A stretch of DNA of 54,144 bases, the filler included, from Sphacelaria rigidula (taxonomy: Eukaryota), in the NCBI GenBank assembly GCA_964200075.2. It is 5 parts of 5 records of this genome, joined end to end, with 100 filler letters (N's around TTAATTAATTAA, not from the genome) between each part and the next. Parts side by side here need not be neighbours in the genome. Positions count along the whole stretch, not along the records: positions 21,701 to 32,449 come from CAXNAA020005977.1; positions 32,550 to 43,297 come from CAXNAA020005978.1; 3 more parts are not named here. One strand, given 5' to 3'. The position numbers and the translations under genes were made by a program. The notes beneath the pieces are model-generated. The model saw only the letters and a program-made list of their open reading frames with translations. It had not been told where the DNA came from and ran no database searches. This document shows, in pieces, positions 21,790 to 34,578 of the stretch; position 1 is the stretch's first letter; the number at the start of each line of letters is the position of its first letter.

Positions 21790-24700
21790 TATAATACTCC
21801 ACCGTTGAAATTCCGGGATTGGCAGTTCCTCATCTCGGAACATTCACTCTCCTCAAGCTTCTCCGCCCCTTTTTCGACTCCATGATGTCATTTCCCCCAT
21901 GTTCTTCGCCACAGTGATCCAATTATGTGCGTCTCCAACCTCCACACCGTAGACGAACCACTTTCGTCGTGCTCCATCGCGTGGAAAAGCCCCTACTGCA
22001 CGGAGGTTCTCCCTGAAGGCGGTTCCCCCAGTGTTTGAGAGGTTCCCCAGCCTCCTTGAGCCCTTGTGTGGCTAACCCTCCGAACATGATGCGCTTTGGC
22101 AGAAGTTGTTCGTCTGGCCGGACAAGTGCCCCCGCAAGCCAGAGTGAACGCCAGTGGAGGGTCGTCTCGATATGTTCACAGTTGATCATCTCGAGCATAC
22201 ATCTCTGTTCGAAAGACTCTCGTCGCCAGTTCGCTCCTTCCTGCAGAATCCAACCACCCGCAGTAGAAGTTGGTGGTGGGCAGCCCGCAGACTCTCCAAG
22301 TCCTCGACACGCAGCGTCCATATCGCACATCCGTGCAGCATGGCTTCCACCACCTCCACTTTGACCAGCCGGATCTGCATAGGTAGCTGGGCGTTGCGCC
22401 CATCTTAGAGCTGGGAATTATACCTTTCGGAGCCGTGCCCACGCAGCGCTGGTGCTGCGGTTGATCCCGATGGAAATATTTGCATCCGCGCTGATAGCAC
22501 CACCGAGGTAGACAAATTCGGTAGTTCTTCTTCTATCATTGACCTGCACCGTTGACGTGCGGTGTATTTATTCTATACGGAGCTGGATGCTGACCACAGG
22601 CGCATGGACTTCGTCTCACTCTCCGATACCGTCAGACCGATTCCCCGACAAGCCATCATTACCACGGCCACCATTCCAGCAAGTCCGCTTGGGAACCTCG
22701 AGAATGCGCCGCCGTCATCCGTATATAGCATTGCCCACACTGCGCGCCGCACGTTCTCCAGCGGGGTCCCTTCCAGGGGCTTCCCATTGTCGCCCTTTGG
22801 CGCATCACCTAAATAAACCGAGTCTGAGACGACGGCTGGGTCGGCCGCGAATCGATGTAAGATCACGTCAACCGATGCTGCGCCGACGATGTTGAACAAT
22901 GGAGGACGAAACGCATCCTTGTCTCTGAGTCCCTGGCACACGTGGAACCACGCTGATGGTTCGCCATCATCTAGCTGTACAGCTCGCATGTCACTGTAAA
23001 ACACACGGGTGACCTTGGTCGTCCGCGGCGGGCCTCCGAAACGGGCAAAAGCACCCTCCACAGGAGCGTGCAGTCTACGGGATCGTAGGCCTTCTGGACG
23101 TCGATCAAGCATATGAGACTAGTGGGACATTGCTCACCCGTCCCAACTCCTGTAGTCGGCGTACCACGAACATCATCTCGGTGGCGTCGTTGGCGCCGAA
23201 ATCCGCACTGCTCCTCCGGGAAGATCCCTGCCTCCTCGAGGAAACTACCGGGCCTGTTGGCCAAGATTTCGAGGAGAGCTCTACCGGCACGTGCCACGAT
23301 GGATATTCTCCTGTAGTTACCACTCGTAATCCCATCCTTTTTGTGTAGCACTTTGATGGTGCCGTTTCCCACCCCTGTTGCACCTCACCCCATGTCCAAA
23401 CCGCAGCGATGATGCTGCGAAAATGGTACAGAATCTCCGACGGCTCCCCGACCAACCCAAACTCGAGGACTTCAGCGAGTAGACCATACGGGCCCGTCAC
23501 TTTGCCGTTAGCTACAGCCCTCAGGGCCTCCTCAGCTTCATTTAGGCTTGGCGGGTCTCCAAGTAACGACGCCGTCGGTCGTTGCGCAATGTTCTCGATG
23601 ACGGCTCGATCGAAAATTGCCGAGAGTATAGAAGTATCATCCCCATCTCTCACAAGTTGGACCTTGGCTCCACAGCAGGTTCCCGTCCTCGTCCCTAATC
23701 TGCTGCTCGCTAACTACCTTTTGTCCCGCCAGACTCCACTTCCCTTGCAGATCTCTGTACCATCCTTTCATGTTCATGATCCTAATTTACTCCTCCAGTT
23801 CCTTCGTACACACATCCGGGTACCTACCCACCCCAGCTTGGATCGCCTCCTTTGAGTTTCTTGCACGCTGTTCTCAAGGTGCACCATGCTGGGCTATTCC
23901 ACGGTCCCATTTGCAACATCAACCTGGCTCTTTCCCTCTCATCCCAGACCTCTTCGAACTTCGTACGGATGACAGCATCTTCGAATCACCCCGATATACC
24001 AGCTGACGGGGCACGACCTTTTCAGCGGAGCTCAGGAGTATGTCGGCGAAGTTCGCAGCCAATGCACTGTCCGTATCGCTAGTTCTACCCTTGCTCGATC
24101 TCGCTGATAATGATCTGGAGCTCTATGTCCGTCAGTGTCGGGTATTCTTGCCCGTCTGTCGATCCGTTTGCACCCAGTGAGGTTTCACCGAGACTTATTG
24201 CATATGCAGCGACCAAGGAGCCACAATGGGGCGTGCACGATGTTGTGGTCAGAGCCCGGAGAGTTGGGTGGTTAATGGTGGACGGTGACATCGCGAACAA
24301 GGCTGCGGTGATCTTGCCGTGTAAGGATGTAGTCCATACGTTTTTGTCCGCGAAGCGGCGGAGCGGCTCCGAATACCATTGAACATAAGCGACGTGGCTC
24401 CCTTGGAGGCAGAAACAAACGCGTTGACCAGGGCAGGCCTGTTGTCACCCGCAAACTAGAGAAAATAGATCCTGCCGCTGTTGTTGGCTCGGGAGCCACC
24501 AACATTTTACACTGCTCTTCCCCGGTTCGTACCCCAGTCTTAGAATTAGTGCTCATCACAACAAGTGGTGATTGTTCGGAACTCGGTTCACAGCGCTGTC
24601 GAACTCAGTCTGGAATATGTCTTTCTCTCCTCTTGACTATGTTGTGTCCGTAGAGGCATAGGCGATTACAAACGTGTCCGCGTTCGATTTGCTTGCGAGA

Positions 24701-25660
24701 TTGAGGGTCATCGACACGAGGCATTTGCTGATGAGCGCCTGAGTCCACGTCGCCTTAACGATGGTCGACTCCTTTACCGCCAACCCGAACCCATAGTGTC
24801 CAGCCCTTCCCTTGCCCCCTTCCACCTCACAGCAGGAGACACGGTATCCCGCGGCAGCGAACACGGTTCGGCTTCGCCTCCTTTTCTCCTGGAGTCCTAT
24901 GACGTCACAACCTATTGCTCGACAGTTGTTCAGAACCACCTCAGCATGTCGAGCTCCGTTCTTTCCCATGACGGACAGTGTACGGACGTCGCATGTCGCC
25001 ACTTTGAACTTCCTTATGTACGAACTAGCTCTATCCTTATCTGTATATACACGTTTTGCTCTTTGTTTTGCGCTTCTTTTGGATCTGTTCCTCCCTCGAA
25101 TCTTTCGCGCGAGATTTCCTTTTTCTGTTTCAATTTTTCCTTGCCATATCAATAATGATTCTCGCCTTGCCTTCCGTTTTTTTATCTCACGTGGAGAGTG
25201 TAGCTGTTCCAGCCCGCGTCGGCCACTACCTCCAGTCCGCTGAAGCTGGCACCTACTCACACATATTTCGTCCCCGTTGATGTGTTTACCGTGACAGAGC
25301 CCCAGCTTGGGGTAAAACTCTGCAGCTGCGGGGACGAGTTCGGGTTCCCATACGGGGCAAAACACAGCAGCTGCAGGGTCGAGTCTGGAGTTCAACGCTG
25401 TCAGCATGGCCCGCTGCCTAGACGGTGTGTTGCATCACCACTGACACAAAGCACAGATTAGTTTGCAGTTCATGCGACTCTCTCCTACGCATGGTTGTGT
25501 TGTTTGGTTGCTGGTTGCGGTTAGCTCACCGCACAATATTCGCCGGAAGCCACAAATGGATCCCAGTTGGTCACACATACTTTGATGCACAAAACGGCTG
25601 ACTTGGTTACGCCTCATAGTTGATTCAGGGATTGGGGATTACGGAGCTTATTTTGTGTCC
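21790..25660 (-). mobile_element. Near full-length degenerate non-LTR retrotransposon (LINE, single APE endonuclease + RT ORF, RTE-like)
   Basis: Frameshifted pieces give APE motifs (VATCDVRTL, DVIGLQE, GFGLAV, VIAYAST, DYILTRQ). RT motifs are also present (PPSLNEAEEAL..GKVTGP, IKVLHKK..NYRRISI, EEQCGFR, IDVQKAYD, QGLR..PPLFNI, MLYTDD), followed by the C-terminal WLAGALVR..LPKRIMFG. Boundaries are approximate. Confidence 0.92.
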
Positions 25661-25688
25661 TTACTGGAGCTCGTGTTCGCAAACAGGG

Positions 25689-25829
25689 CACACCCTGGAC
25701 GACGGATTATTTTGTTAAAATTGTACCGCGTACAGTATGGAATCCACTGTCTATTGTAATAGACGCGAAAGTCGAAACTGTACGCAGTACACTTGTCGGC
25801 TTGCAATGTAATTTTTTGTCCAGGGTGTG
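25689..25829. mobile_element. hAT-like MITE (~140 bp)
   Basis: TIRs CACACCCTGGAC / GTCCAGGGTGTG; 8-bp TSD AAACAGGG / AAACAGAG. Confidence 0.85.
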
Positions 25830-26913
25830 AAACAGAGAGGAGCCGGCAAGCATCACCGGAGTTACCGCCGTTGAGGTCAGCAGGGAATACTGTTCCGAAA
25901 AAGCAGGTCAGACGCCCAAGGGGTTGACAGAGGTTGAAACATTGAGGTGCCCTGACTAATGTATCTCAACTATTATACTATTTGAGTATGCCATGGTGTG
26001 CAGTACAATCCTAAGCATCATCGTTCTCCGATGTATGGTACCACGCATGCGTAGCAACAAGCCGAGAGAAACTCTAACCCTCCCTCGAACTCTGACCGTA
26101 ACCGTATTCCTGATCTCACACTGGATCTCTAGAGCGCATTGGCATATACATATGATCAAGCTATGGACGTCGGTAGGGTGCACATCTGGGCGAGGTGTGT
26201 TGGTATGGCGCACGTCTATGCTAGGCGCGGGAGTGGACTGCATCTGGGCTATACGTTGTTGGAGTGTATGTCTGAGCTAGCGGAGGTAGCTGCGCAAGAC
26301 TTGAGGAACGAAGGCAGGTGGTCTCATGTAGTGGAGAACGACTATAGGTGGTACACGACTGTACTGTACAACATGGTATACTGAATACAGGATACAAATG
26401 AGATAAACCAGCTACATCGAACATTCGACACAGACAGTAAAGACAAGAGCACGGCAGAGGCAGAGAAGAGGCCCGTGTATAGGACCCAAAGAGGAACCTG
26501 TTGCTACTGGGCCACCCTCCTACGATATTAGGTGTACATCAGTATGACAGGCCGGTGTGAGTTGCAACGGAGGTCGTTGACTCCCACGGCATGGATCTCA
26601 GTCACATCGAGTGATTCTAGGGCCGGATGCCGGAGGATTTCGCCCCGCAGAGTCCTACTGCGATCTGCTATATTTGCGACATGCGCTTACTTTCAAAGGC
26701 AACACTGTTGTGGTGTGGTAAGTGCAGTACAGTAATGTGCAACCAGCACAGAAGCATCACCATCACACCACAATGCGAAATGCGTTGCAAACACTCGATT
26801 CACATCATGGTTGCCAAGCAACCCTCCCGCGTACACATACCACCTTTGGCTACGCAAACATTCTTTCGGTACTACTCGTAGATGATACGGCTCCAGCGCA
26901 ACTTTTGTCTCAC

Positions 26914-26996
26914 TTTCTGCTGAAGAGCTCCCCGAGCTTCGTGTACTTCTCCGCCATCTCCGGGTATTGCAATGCCTGCTGCTCCACGTACTCCAT
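26914..26996 (-). CDS. RPN9: 26S proteasome lid subunit RPN9/PSMD13-like, first coding exon (MEYVEQQALQYPEMAEKYTKLGELFSRK)
   Basis: ATG in a CATCATGG context and a GTGAG donor in phase 2. The peptide resembles the RPN9 N-terminus that precedes K-LWHQLT. Later exons are not on this contig and the exon is absent from the ORF track, so identity rests on 28 aa. Confidence 0.62.
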
Positions 26997-27849
26997 GATG
27001 AATCCTGCTCCTTTGACACAAACACCAGAGTTGTAGCTGTAGATAGGCAGAACCTACTCCCTATGCTCAACCCAATGCCAGTCCGTAGGAACGAACCCGC
27101 GATACAAGGGGACACCAACTGCTCCAGATTCGCTCTCACTCTGTCCGCTGTTGAGACTATTGCGCCCTTGTGCCAATACCTTTCCAACCACAAATTGGAT
27201 CACAGAAAAACTAGAAGACCTAAAATCCTACCCTGCTACTCTATCTTAGCAACCTTGTCTAGTTCCTGCAACGCAATGCGGCCGGCGGTAGAGATGTACG
27301 CCACGCAACTCGACCTCTGGAGAATCCATGTGAAAATACTGACTTTTCCATTTCACATTCGTCGACAAATGTCAGACCCGTGACTCTAGTCCACAAGTGC
27401 AATTCGGTGTAGAACCGATGAGAAAGACAAGGTATATAAAATGGGCATGTGTGAAGAGCTGAAAATATTTCCCACAACTAACTTTTTTTGTACACATATG
27501 GTATACACTTTGAAATAAGATTAAAAAATCTCTAATTTCATATTTTGTACAAGTTATTTGTACCATCTATGAGTTGCGATGGAATATGACAGAAGGACTG
27601 TAGGGATATATCCCCGAAAAACTGGCTCTTGCCGCATACTGTTGTGCAAAGTTGGTCGTGGTAACAGACGCAGCTATTACGAGACCTGAGACTGAGGAAG
27701 CGCCGAACTACCGCTGAGTTTCTCTCACACGTTTGTTGGACTTTTCTCTACACGGGTTTGTTTTCGAGGAACCAAAGCAGGCAAGGGAGAAAGCAACAAA
27801 GGATTAAAAACACAATCGACCGATTGGTGTATCTTTGTGTTCCGAAAAG

Positions 27850-28570
27850 ATGCCTGCGGTGTCTCCGAGTATGATGGCTCGGCCGACCGGAATCAATGAC
27901 CAGGTGGGTGAGAGAGAGTGGGCGTGTGTATGTATGTGCGGCATATCAGTTATTCCTCTGTTCTTGGATATGATTTTCGTCTGGGGTCAATCCTTCCGTT
28001 CATTTGTCTTGATATTGCAAATTGGGCATTATTTGTGGCCCGACTTCAGTTGAGGTTGCGCCGTCCCAGACTCGGAACAGTACAGACAGGCAGTATTATA
28101 CTTTGCTCAGGGCACCCTTTGCACCCCCCTCGCCCGGGGGTAAGGACTGGACTGTACTCTCTCTATTTTTCACTAGAGCATGGACAGATTCGTATCGTGA
28201 ATCCAAGTAAGGTGAGAGACTGTTCTACTTGAACGTTGGGCACTTGCCAAAGAAGCATACCTACAGTAGGGTAGCCTTGAGGTCGGTGAACGCGGGGTTG
28301 ATTCAAACAGTTCAGGGCGTGCAAGCGTAAATGAAAAAAAACGCTCCGACCCATAGCCCACCCCCTCCCCCGCCCACCTCTCCCGTGGCTGGTCGATTTT
28401 TTTTTGTCCCCGAGAAAAAGGTACGGTTGGTGAATATGTTGGACGAGTTGACAGCTTCTTTTTGTGGCCCCATCTATCACGACAAGATCCAATGTGCCGA
28501 AGATCCGATGCGCCGCGGACGTTCGAATGTGGCGCGTTGTAATACATTACGGCATCTATATGATTGTACG
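27850..28570 (+). CDS. Candidate first two exons (27850-27903, 28421-28570) of an unidentified gene divergent from RPN9
   Basis: ATG..CAG|GTGGGT, then a T-tract..AAG| open frame VRLVNMLDELTASFCGPIYHDK..|GTAGGA; phases 0/0. No homology recognised. Confidence 0.3.
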
Positions 28571-29537
28571 GTAGGAGTCATGATCTGGTTGCGATCTCGC
28601 GCCGTGCGCGCGTGTCGTCGGAGAGGAGGGTCTCGCCGCGTTTCCGAACTCCTAAATTTGAAACAGAGAACAGAGACCAGTCTCTTTCGCCGCCGCAGCA
28701 GCTACACTCAGTTCAAGTAACTTTCTTCACCACCCCAACCACCAACTAACTGTTGAATGAAATGACTTGGTTCATCTGCATTTGTTAACGCTTAGACAGC
28801 GAGCATCGCCTCGGAGCCGTTTCACAGGCCGACAGTCCGGAGACATTCGGGGGTTTCCAGTGGCCGGGGGGGGGGTAGTTTTTCGCGGCGGGGAGTGTCC
28901 GTCCGCAGAGCAGCCTAAAAGCTCACCAAGTCAACCATGTGTCTGTGGAAGTTTCCCGCGGAAGATTCTGAGCCAGGAACGAGGCCCCAGATGCGCGGAA
29001 TGACCATCCTGGCCAATCACGATCGTCAAAATGAGCACGTAGTTCCCCTACAGGTGGACTATAGATGGACTACTGCGCTGTCTGCTGGCATATTTCATTT
29101 TGGTCATGGCGTTTCAACCATAAATTACATGGGTATAAATAACTTGTTTCGTACTCTGCTCGAGGTCTGTGCCGCCTCTCTGACGTCTCTGTGTGTTGCC
29201 AGGATAACTTCACACTGTCTACAGTGTTGCTGTTGAACACTAAGCAGGCGCATAGGCAGTATGCGGTACATTCTGTCCGGTCGAGAGCGATGGCGCATTA
29301 TACTGTCCCTTGCCGTTGTATCCAGCGAAGGCAAACAGCACACATACGTGTTGACTCTGCGCGCAATTGACTGGAGGGTCAATACTGGTCAGGGGTTCTC
29401 CAGGACTATTTTATATGTAGATGCTAACTATCAACATGTTCATGCAAAGAGCGTTTTATGTAGCGAGAAAAGAGCTGCTCTGAACCCAAATGTGGCATAC
29501 TCCGACTCAGTTCCCCTGCGGGGGGGGTTGCTGTCTA

Positions 29538-30086
29538 CAGTAGTGGGCGGTCTAACTATTCATTTTGTGGCATTTTGTGATTTTTTGTGATCAGCAATTT
29601 TCTTCAGCTTTTTTCGTTCGCCACCGCTCATCACATCGGAGATGTGGCAATATTTGTATCCGCTCCACATCCCGAGAAAAAAAAAGCATATGTCCTCAAT
29701 GTTGAGTGAATTACGGGCTGACCCGTCATCGGGGGTCCGGTCACGTTTCAGCCCAGATTCTTACTCTTCGGTATTCTCGGTCGATTGAGCCTCTCCCGAT
29801 CATATTTTTGAAGAAATGTACAGTTTTACATATTTGAAATTCTACCTACTCATTGCACTAGAGCCCAAAAACGATATTTCACGGTCAATAATACCCTCCT
29901 GATAGACGGGGTATTCACTCGTATCGCCCGATAACACCGACTAACCCTGACTTTGGCACTGTTTTTCTAGGAAAAAATATGTATTGCACAAGAATCTACC
30001 GACGCTAGCACTTCCAAGTTCTATCGAAGAGTAGTACGCGAGGAAAACCCTAAAACACCCCTGAATAGTTAGACCGCCCACTACTG
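29538..30086. mobile_element. Tc1/mariner-type MITE, second copy
   Basis: Perfect TIR CAGTAGTGGGCGGTCTAACTATTCA with a TA TSD; homologous to 7596-8146. Confidence 0.92.
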
Positions 30087-30104
30087 TAAAGGTTAAAGAA
30101 ACTT

Positions 30105-30490
30105 ACCTCAGCTACGTAGTCTACGATCAAGTGTCTTGGCTCACCTACTGTACGATCAAATGACTTGGTTTGCCCACACTCGGTTCTACCAACTTGCTTC
30201 ACCAACTCAGTAGACCAAGGAACCTGCCTCAGCTGGTCGAAGATCAAGTGACTTGGTTCATCTATACCTACTTCAAGTCAGTTGAATCAGCTCGTCCAAG
30301 ATCAAGTGACTTAGTTTAGCAATACTCAATTCAAGTGACTTGCTGCCCCGACTGTTGGATCAAGTGACCTGCCTCAGCTATTCCAAGAGCAAGTGTCTTG
30401 CTTCACTTCTTCTCAGTTCAAGTGACTGGCCCCAGCTGGTCTATGATCAAGTGATCTGTCTCAGCTAGTCTAAGATGGAGTGACTTGTTG
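30105..30490. repeat. Degenerate minisatellite with a ~30-bp period and core (GA/T)TCAAGTGACTT
   Basis: About 11-12 recurrences of TCAAGTG(A/T)C(T/C)T with variable intervening sequence. Confidence 0.75.
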
Positions 30491-30539
30491 TGTATATGGA
30501 TTAGTGGGGAAATAGTTCAGTTTAGAAGTTAGTATGCCC

Positions 30540-31110
30540 GCCCTGGAGGTTAATGACCATACGACTATGGCATGCAAGATCATTAGTACTCCCTTGCAGG
30601 GTTTCCCTTCAAAGTTGGCATCGGTCGGCAAGGATGCTATAAACACGCCATTCACAGCGTAAGCTAGGCTATCAAGTTACCGGTTTTTTTCTCGCTTGCG
30701 TTTTTTTTCGGTTATCATGATGGTATTCGAGTTGGATTATAGTGTGCGGGGGTTTTGAACCTTAACTCTGCGCAAACGAGATGATCGTACTATGTACACT
30801 AGTGTTTAGATGATGGGACACCCATGAGGCAGTGTGGAACTTCTGGCTTTCTCTGCAAGTGGCGATACCAGAAAATGAAGCATTTCATTCGAGTTGTCAT
30901 GCAAGATAATTAGTGTGCTTTGGGCCGAACAATCTGAGCAAGATGCAGATCACCCCTCATGCGACTCTCTGAACACACCATAGCGCTCCGCACTTGATGG
31001 TTGATGGCAAGCCTTGCCCGGAGAAAACCCGGCGTGCTCCGTCCCGGCTTGGTAGGGATGCGAGGTCAATGGTCTTTCGACTACGGCATGCAAGATCATG
31101 GATACCCTCC
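30540..31110. repeat. Long copy of the G/C-tract-embedded dispersed repeat, bounded by ~45-bp direct repeats
   Basis: AATG....T.CGACTA.GGCATGCAAGATCAT...TAC.C occurs at both ~30552-30594 and ~31068-31110. The interior aligns with 32125-32449, 37525-37850 and 10851-11020. Confidence 0.75.
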
Positions 31111-32119
31111 TCCTGGAATGTCAAAAATGAAGAAAAAAATCTAGGAGTATAGGTCTGCAAGATTTGTTTCCCACCCTCGAGGCACAAGGTACACCTCTAT
31201 TTATTCGCAAAGGAGGTGTTAAATTGGGCGACTTCGTGTGCATCCTTCGTTTGGCATACAGTTACCTACCTCGTGCAAGGCACGCGGCACAAGTAAGCAT
31301 GGTACAGTACAGTGGAAGATTTGTACCGGCCTGTCGATAAATATCTTCATTGATCAAGAAGATGCAATTATAAAATTCACCCTGGTGGACGGTACAGTGT
31401 TGGTCAAGGTCGCAAGATCGAGGAGGGGGGGTGGTAGCCCCCATTTCGTTCTCGGGGTAGTTGACGTTTTCTTTTTTTTCAATATCTCGCAAGGCGATAG
31501 CCGTCGCACCCAAGCGGGAAAGGCACGGATACATGACGTAAATATACAAAACTTTCAGTAGATACCTTTGTGGATCCACCAAGACGATGTATCCGTAAAG
31601 TTCCGCAGAGAAAGAGGCAGCGTCTTTCAGGGGAGGGGTAACACGTAAAGAATCGAAAACGCCCACGTGTGATATCATGGCAAAACATGCTCCCGCCCCT
31701 CCCCTGTGATCAATGGTCAAATGACTAAAGCAAGCAAGGAATGAGTACGCACCCCCCCTCCCTCCTTCGTTACTTGTGTACACCAAAGCTTTCGAAGGTT
31801 GTGCTGAGTTTTTGGTAACTCTCCTTGTTGGCGAGCTGGCAAGAGGTGAAGAGCGACAGACGATAAACGACACACAGATAATATTGTGGTACAGAAGGCA
31901 TCCACTGCGTTGTGCGGGTCTTTCTCTGGCCTCAAAACCCTTACGTACATTCGGCAGCCGACTAGGCTGATGTCGTCATCTATCACTGTGTTTTGATTGT
32001 CTCGCTTTCGGAGAAACTTGTTACAGCACGAATAAAACAATTTTAGTGGTAATAGTGTTGTTGTCTCCTATAGTTTAAGGTGTTGAGCGTGTGGCGCATC
32101 AATCAATTCCTGCACACCC

Positions 32120-32449
32120 CCCATGGGGTTGGCGCCGGTTGGCAACGACGCCGTAGGACACGCCACTCACTGCGTGAGCTAGGCAACCAGGTTACCGATT
32201 TGTTTTTGCGCGCTCGCGTTTTTTCTGCAATAACCGTGGTGGTAGTCAAGCTAGATCATGTTGTGCAGCATGGGAGAACCTCAACTCCGCACAGTGGGGA
32301 TGATTGTCCCACGTAGTGTTTACGTGGTGAGACACCCATGAGGTAGTGAAAAAGCCGTGGCTGTCTCTGGAGGTGACGATACCAGAAAATAAAGCAACTC
32401 ATTGTAGGCTGTCATCCAAATGCAAGATAACCAGTAGACTCGGGGGCGA
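32120..32449. repeat. Copy of the same dispersed repeat, truncated by the contig end
   Basis: Reverse complement of 10851-11022 followed by that of 25-160. Confidence 0.8.
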
Positions 32450-32549
32450 NNNNNNNNNNNNNNNNNNNNNNNNNNNNNNNNNNNNNNNNNNNNTTAATTA
32501 ATTAANNNNNNNNNNNNNNNNNNNNNNNNNNNNNNNNNNNNNNNNNNNN
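32450..32549. other. Artificial contig linker
   Basis: 44 N + TTAATTAATTAA + 44 N. Confidence 0.97.
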
Positions 32550-32659
32550 TGCAATATGCTGTAGCTCCTCAACACCGCGACTCTGGTATTATTTTTGTTT
32601 TGGGGGGGGGGGGGGGGGGGTATCGTGGAAAGTGTCGAAAAATGGATAAAAATTAGAAA

Positions 32660-33750
32660 AAAGAAAGTCCTGTGTTGATCTCCCTCCTGTGTGGCCCCGG
32701 CTGATGCGCCCATATACACGGAAAGGTTTTAGACTGGCGTCCAAAACAGGTAGGGATGGCAACACACACATATTTCACACACACTGTAGTGGGATCCGCG
32801 CATGATTAATTGATGGATTGATTGATTGATCGTCGAACATCAACTGATCGGGTTCGAACCGTCCAGCCGCGGTCACAAAGGAGGCGGGTGTACACAAGGT
32901 CAGTGAACGACAACACTCGCTTGAGTAAACTCGAGAAGAGGAGGAAATCCAAGGGGATAGGGTAAACCAGTACACCAAAAATTTGGAGCAGGAAACGGAA
33001 AAAAAAAAAGGCAGGGAAAAACACTAGCCCAAGAAAAAGATCTAGGACCGATCTCGAGGAACAACCCTGTCAGGTCCCCTGCCAGGGAGGGCTTTGAGGT
33101 AAGGAGGTGGGTAGAGGACGACACCGTGGAAGCAGGTTTCGACCAAACGGTCTGGGAACGGCACCATGTGGGCAAGAATGCTCCGGGGAGGGGGGGGTCG
33201 AAAAAATAATGGATCTTGTGAAAAAATAGTTGCTTTTGGTGGGATTGATTCGTACCGTACAAATCAATCCTCGGGAGAGCTCGGAAATGGTACCAGTTAT
33301 AACTGGCCATTATCATGATAATGGTAATAATGGTAATGGTTATATGAACTTTTTGGATAATGGTTTCAAATCATCATTTGCCGTTACCGGCTTCATAAGC
33401 CGTTACCTTACTACGTATGCTTCATACAGCCCTTGAAAATTGGCCCAAATTTAACGTATCTTTCAGCTCTAGTGAAGCCAAATCGCGTAAAAACGTGCCT
33501 CCGGCACGGCGTCTCCAGCGGGGCCCTCCGGGGGCGCCTCCGGCGGGGCCCCCTCTGTCGGGGGGGGGGGCTTTTTGCCTCGCGGCTGCACCGCTCGATA
33601 ACCTAACCATTATATACCATTTAAGTGGTTAATGAGTGTGTGTTGCCATCCCATCTATTCTGGACACCGGTCCTTACCTTTCGGTGTATGTGGACGCATT
33701 AGCTGGGGGCACACAGGAGGAAGCTCAACACAGGAGCTTTTTCTTTTTTA
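32660..33750. repeat. Two inverted copies (32660-32772 and 33635-33750) of a ~110-bp SINE-like repeat
   Basis: GTGTGTGTTGCCATCCC..TGGAC.CC.GTC..CACACAGGAGG..TCAACACAGGA occurs on opposite strands. Confidence 0.65.
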
Positions 33751-34204
33751 TTTGTCTTTAGTACCCCACCTTCGAGTGCGCTATGTAATCCTCGAGCTTT
33801 TTTTCCAGCATTGCACTTTAGGTACGCATACCCCAAGCACGCGGGATAGCGTAATCAATCGTTGAGCGTTACTTTTCAGCGTTGCAACTCAGGTACACGC
33901 ACCGCAGGCACTTGGAAAAACGCCATTAATCCTTCCTCGGGCTTTTTGCTTTTCAGCGTTGCACCGCAGGCACGCCCACCCCAAGCATGTACAATAGCGC
34001 AAAAAAATATGAGTTGAGAAATATTTCGACCCGCGCGCAACATTTTTCTCCATTTCGAGCAATCAGGCGTCAGAAATCGTAGATTTTGGTTGTTCGAACC
34101 AGCGATGACTTGTTCAACCCTTGAGAACCAGCACGCGTCAGCTTCGTAGGAGTGAGGTGCGAACACTTTACACTATAGTATCGGTAAGTCGAAAAAATTA
34201 ACTT

Positions 34205-34414
34205 CAAGGGCAGGTCGAGTAGAGTATACTCAATTGCGGGGTATTTTGAAAGTCGTACTTGAAGTACACAAATCGGGGGAAGGGTTGTAGGGATCACTTC
34301 CCAGTTATCTTTTGGGTACGACTCGTAACACTCTACCCTAATTTGAGTACCTCAAGTGCGTCTTTCAAAATACCCTGCAATCGAGTATACTTACTCTAGT
34401 CGACCCTGCCCTTG
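34205..34414. mobile_element. hAT-like MITE, second copy of the 3577-3783 family
   Basis: Aligns end to end with the first copy; TIRs CAAGGGCAGG / CCTGCCCTTG. Confidence 0.85.
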
Positions 34415-34578
34415 CAAAAATTATTGGAATCAGTCCGGCGGATAGAATTTGAAACGCGGTGATTCTGATCGAACCACGGTAAGACCCCCCCCCTCCCCCC
34501 CTATTACTGGTCATGAGTACACCTCCCATTGTAATAGGTATTCAAACATAGGATGATAGGTGATCCCTGAAATGTCAG

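Noticed and set aside
26133-26717. Plus-strand exon-like segments nested in the RPN9 intron
   Set aside because: Joining the candidate splice sites gives an immediate stop and no protein family is recognisable.
10539-26914. RPN9 exon 1 spliced to DUF1336 exons as a chimeric gene
   Set aside because: The join would cross two artificial linkers, and the phases are incompatible.
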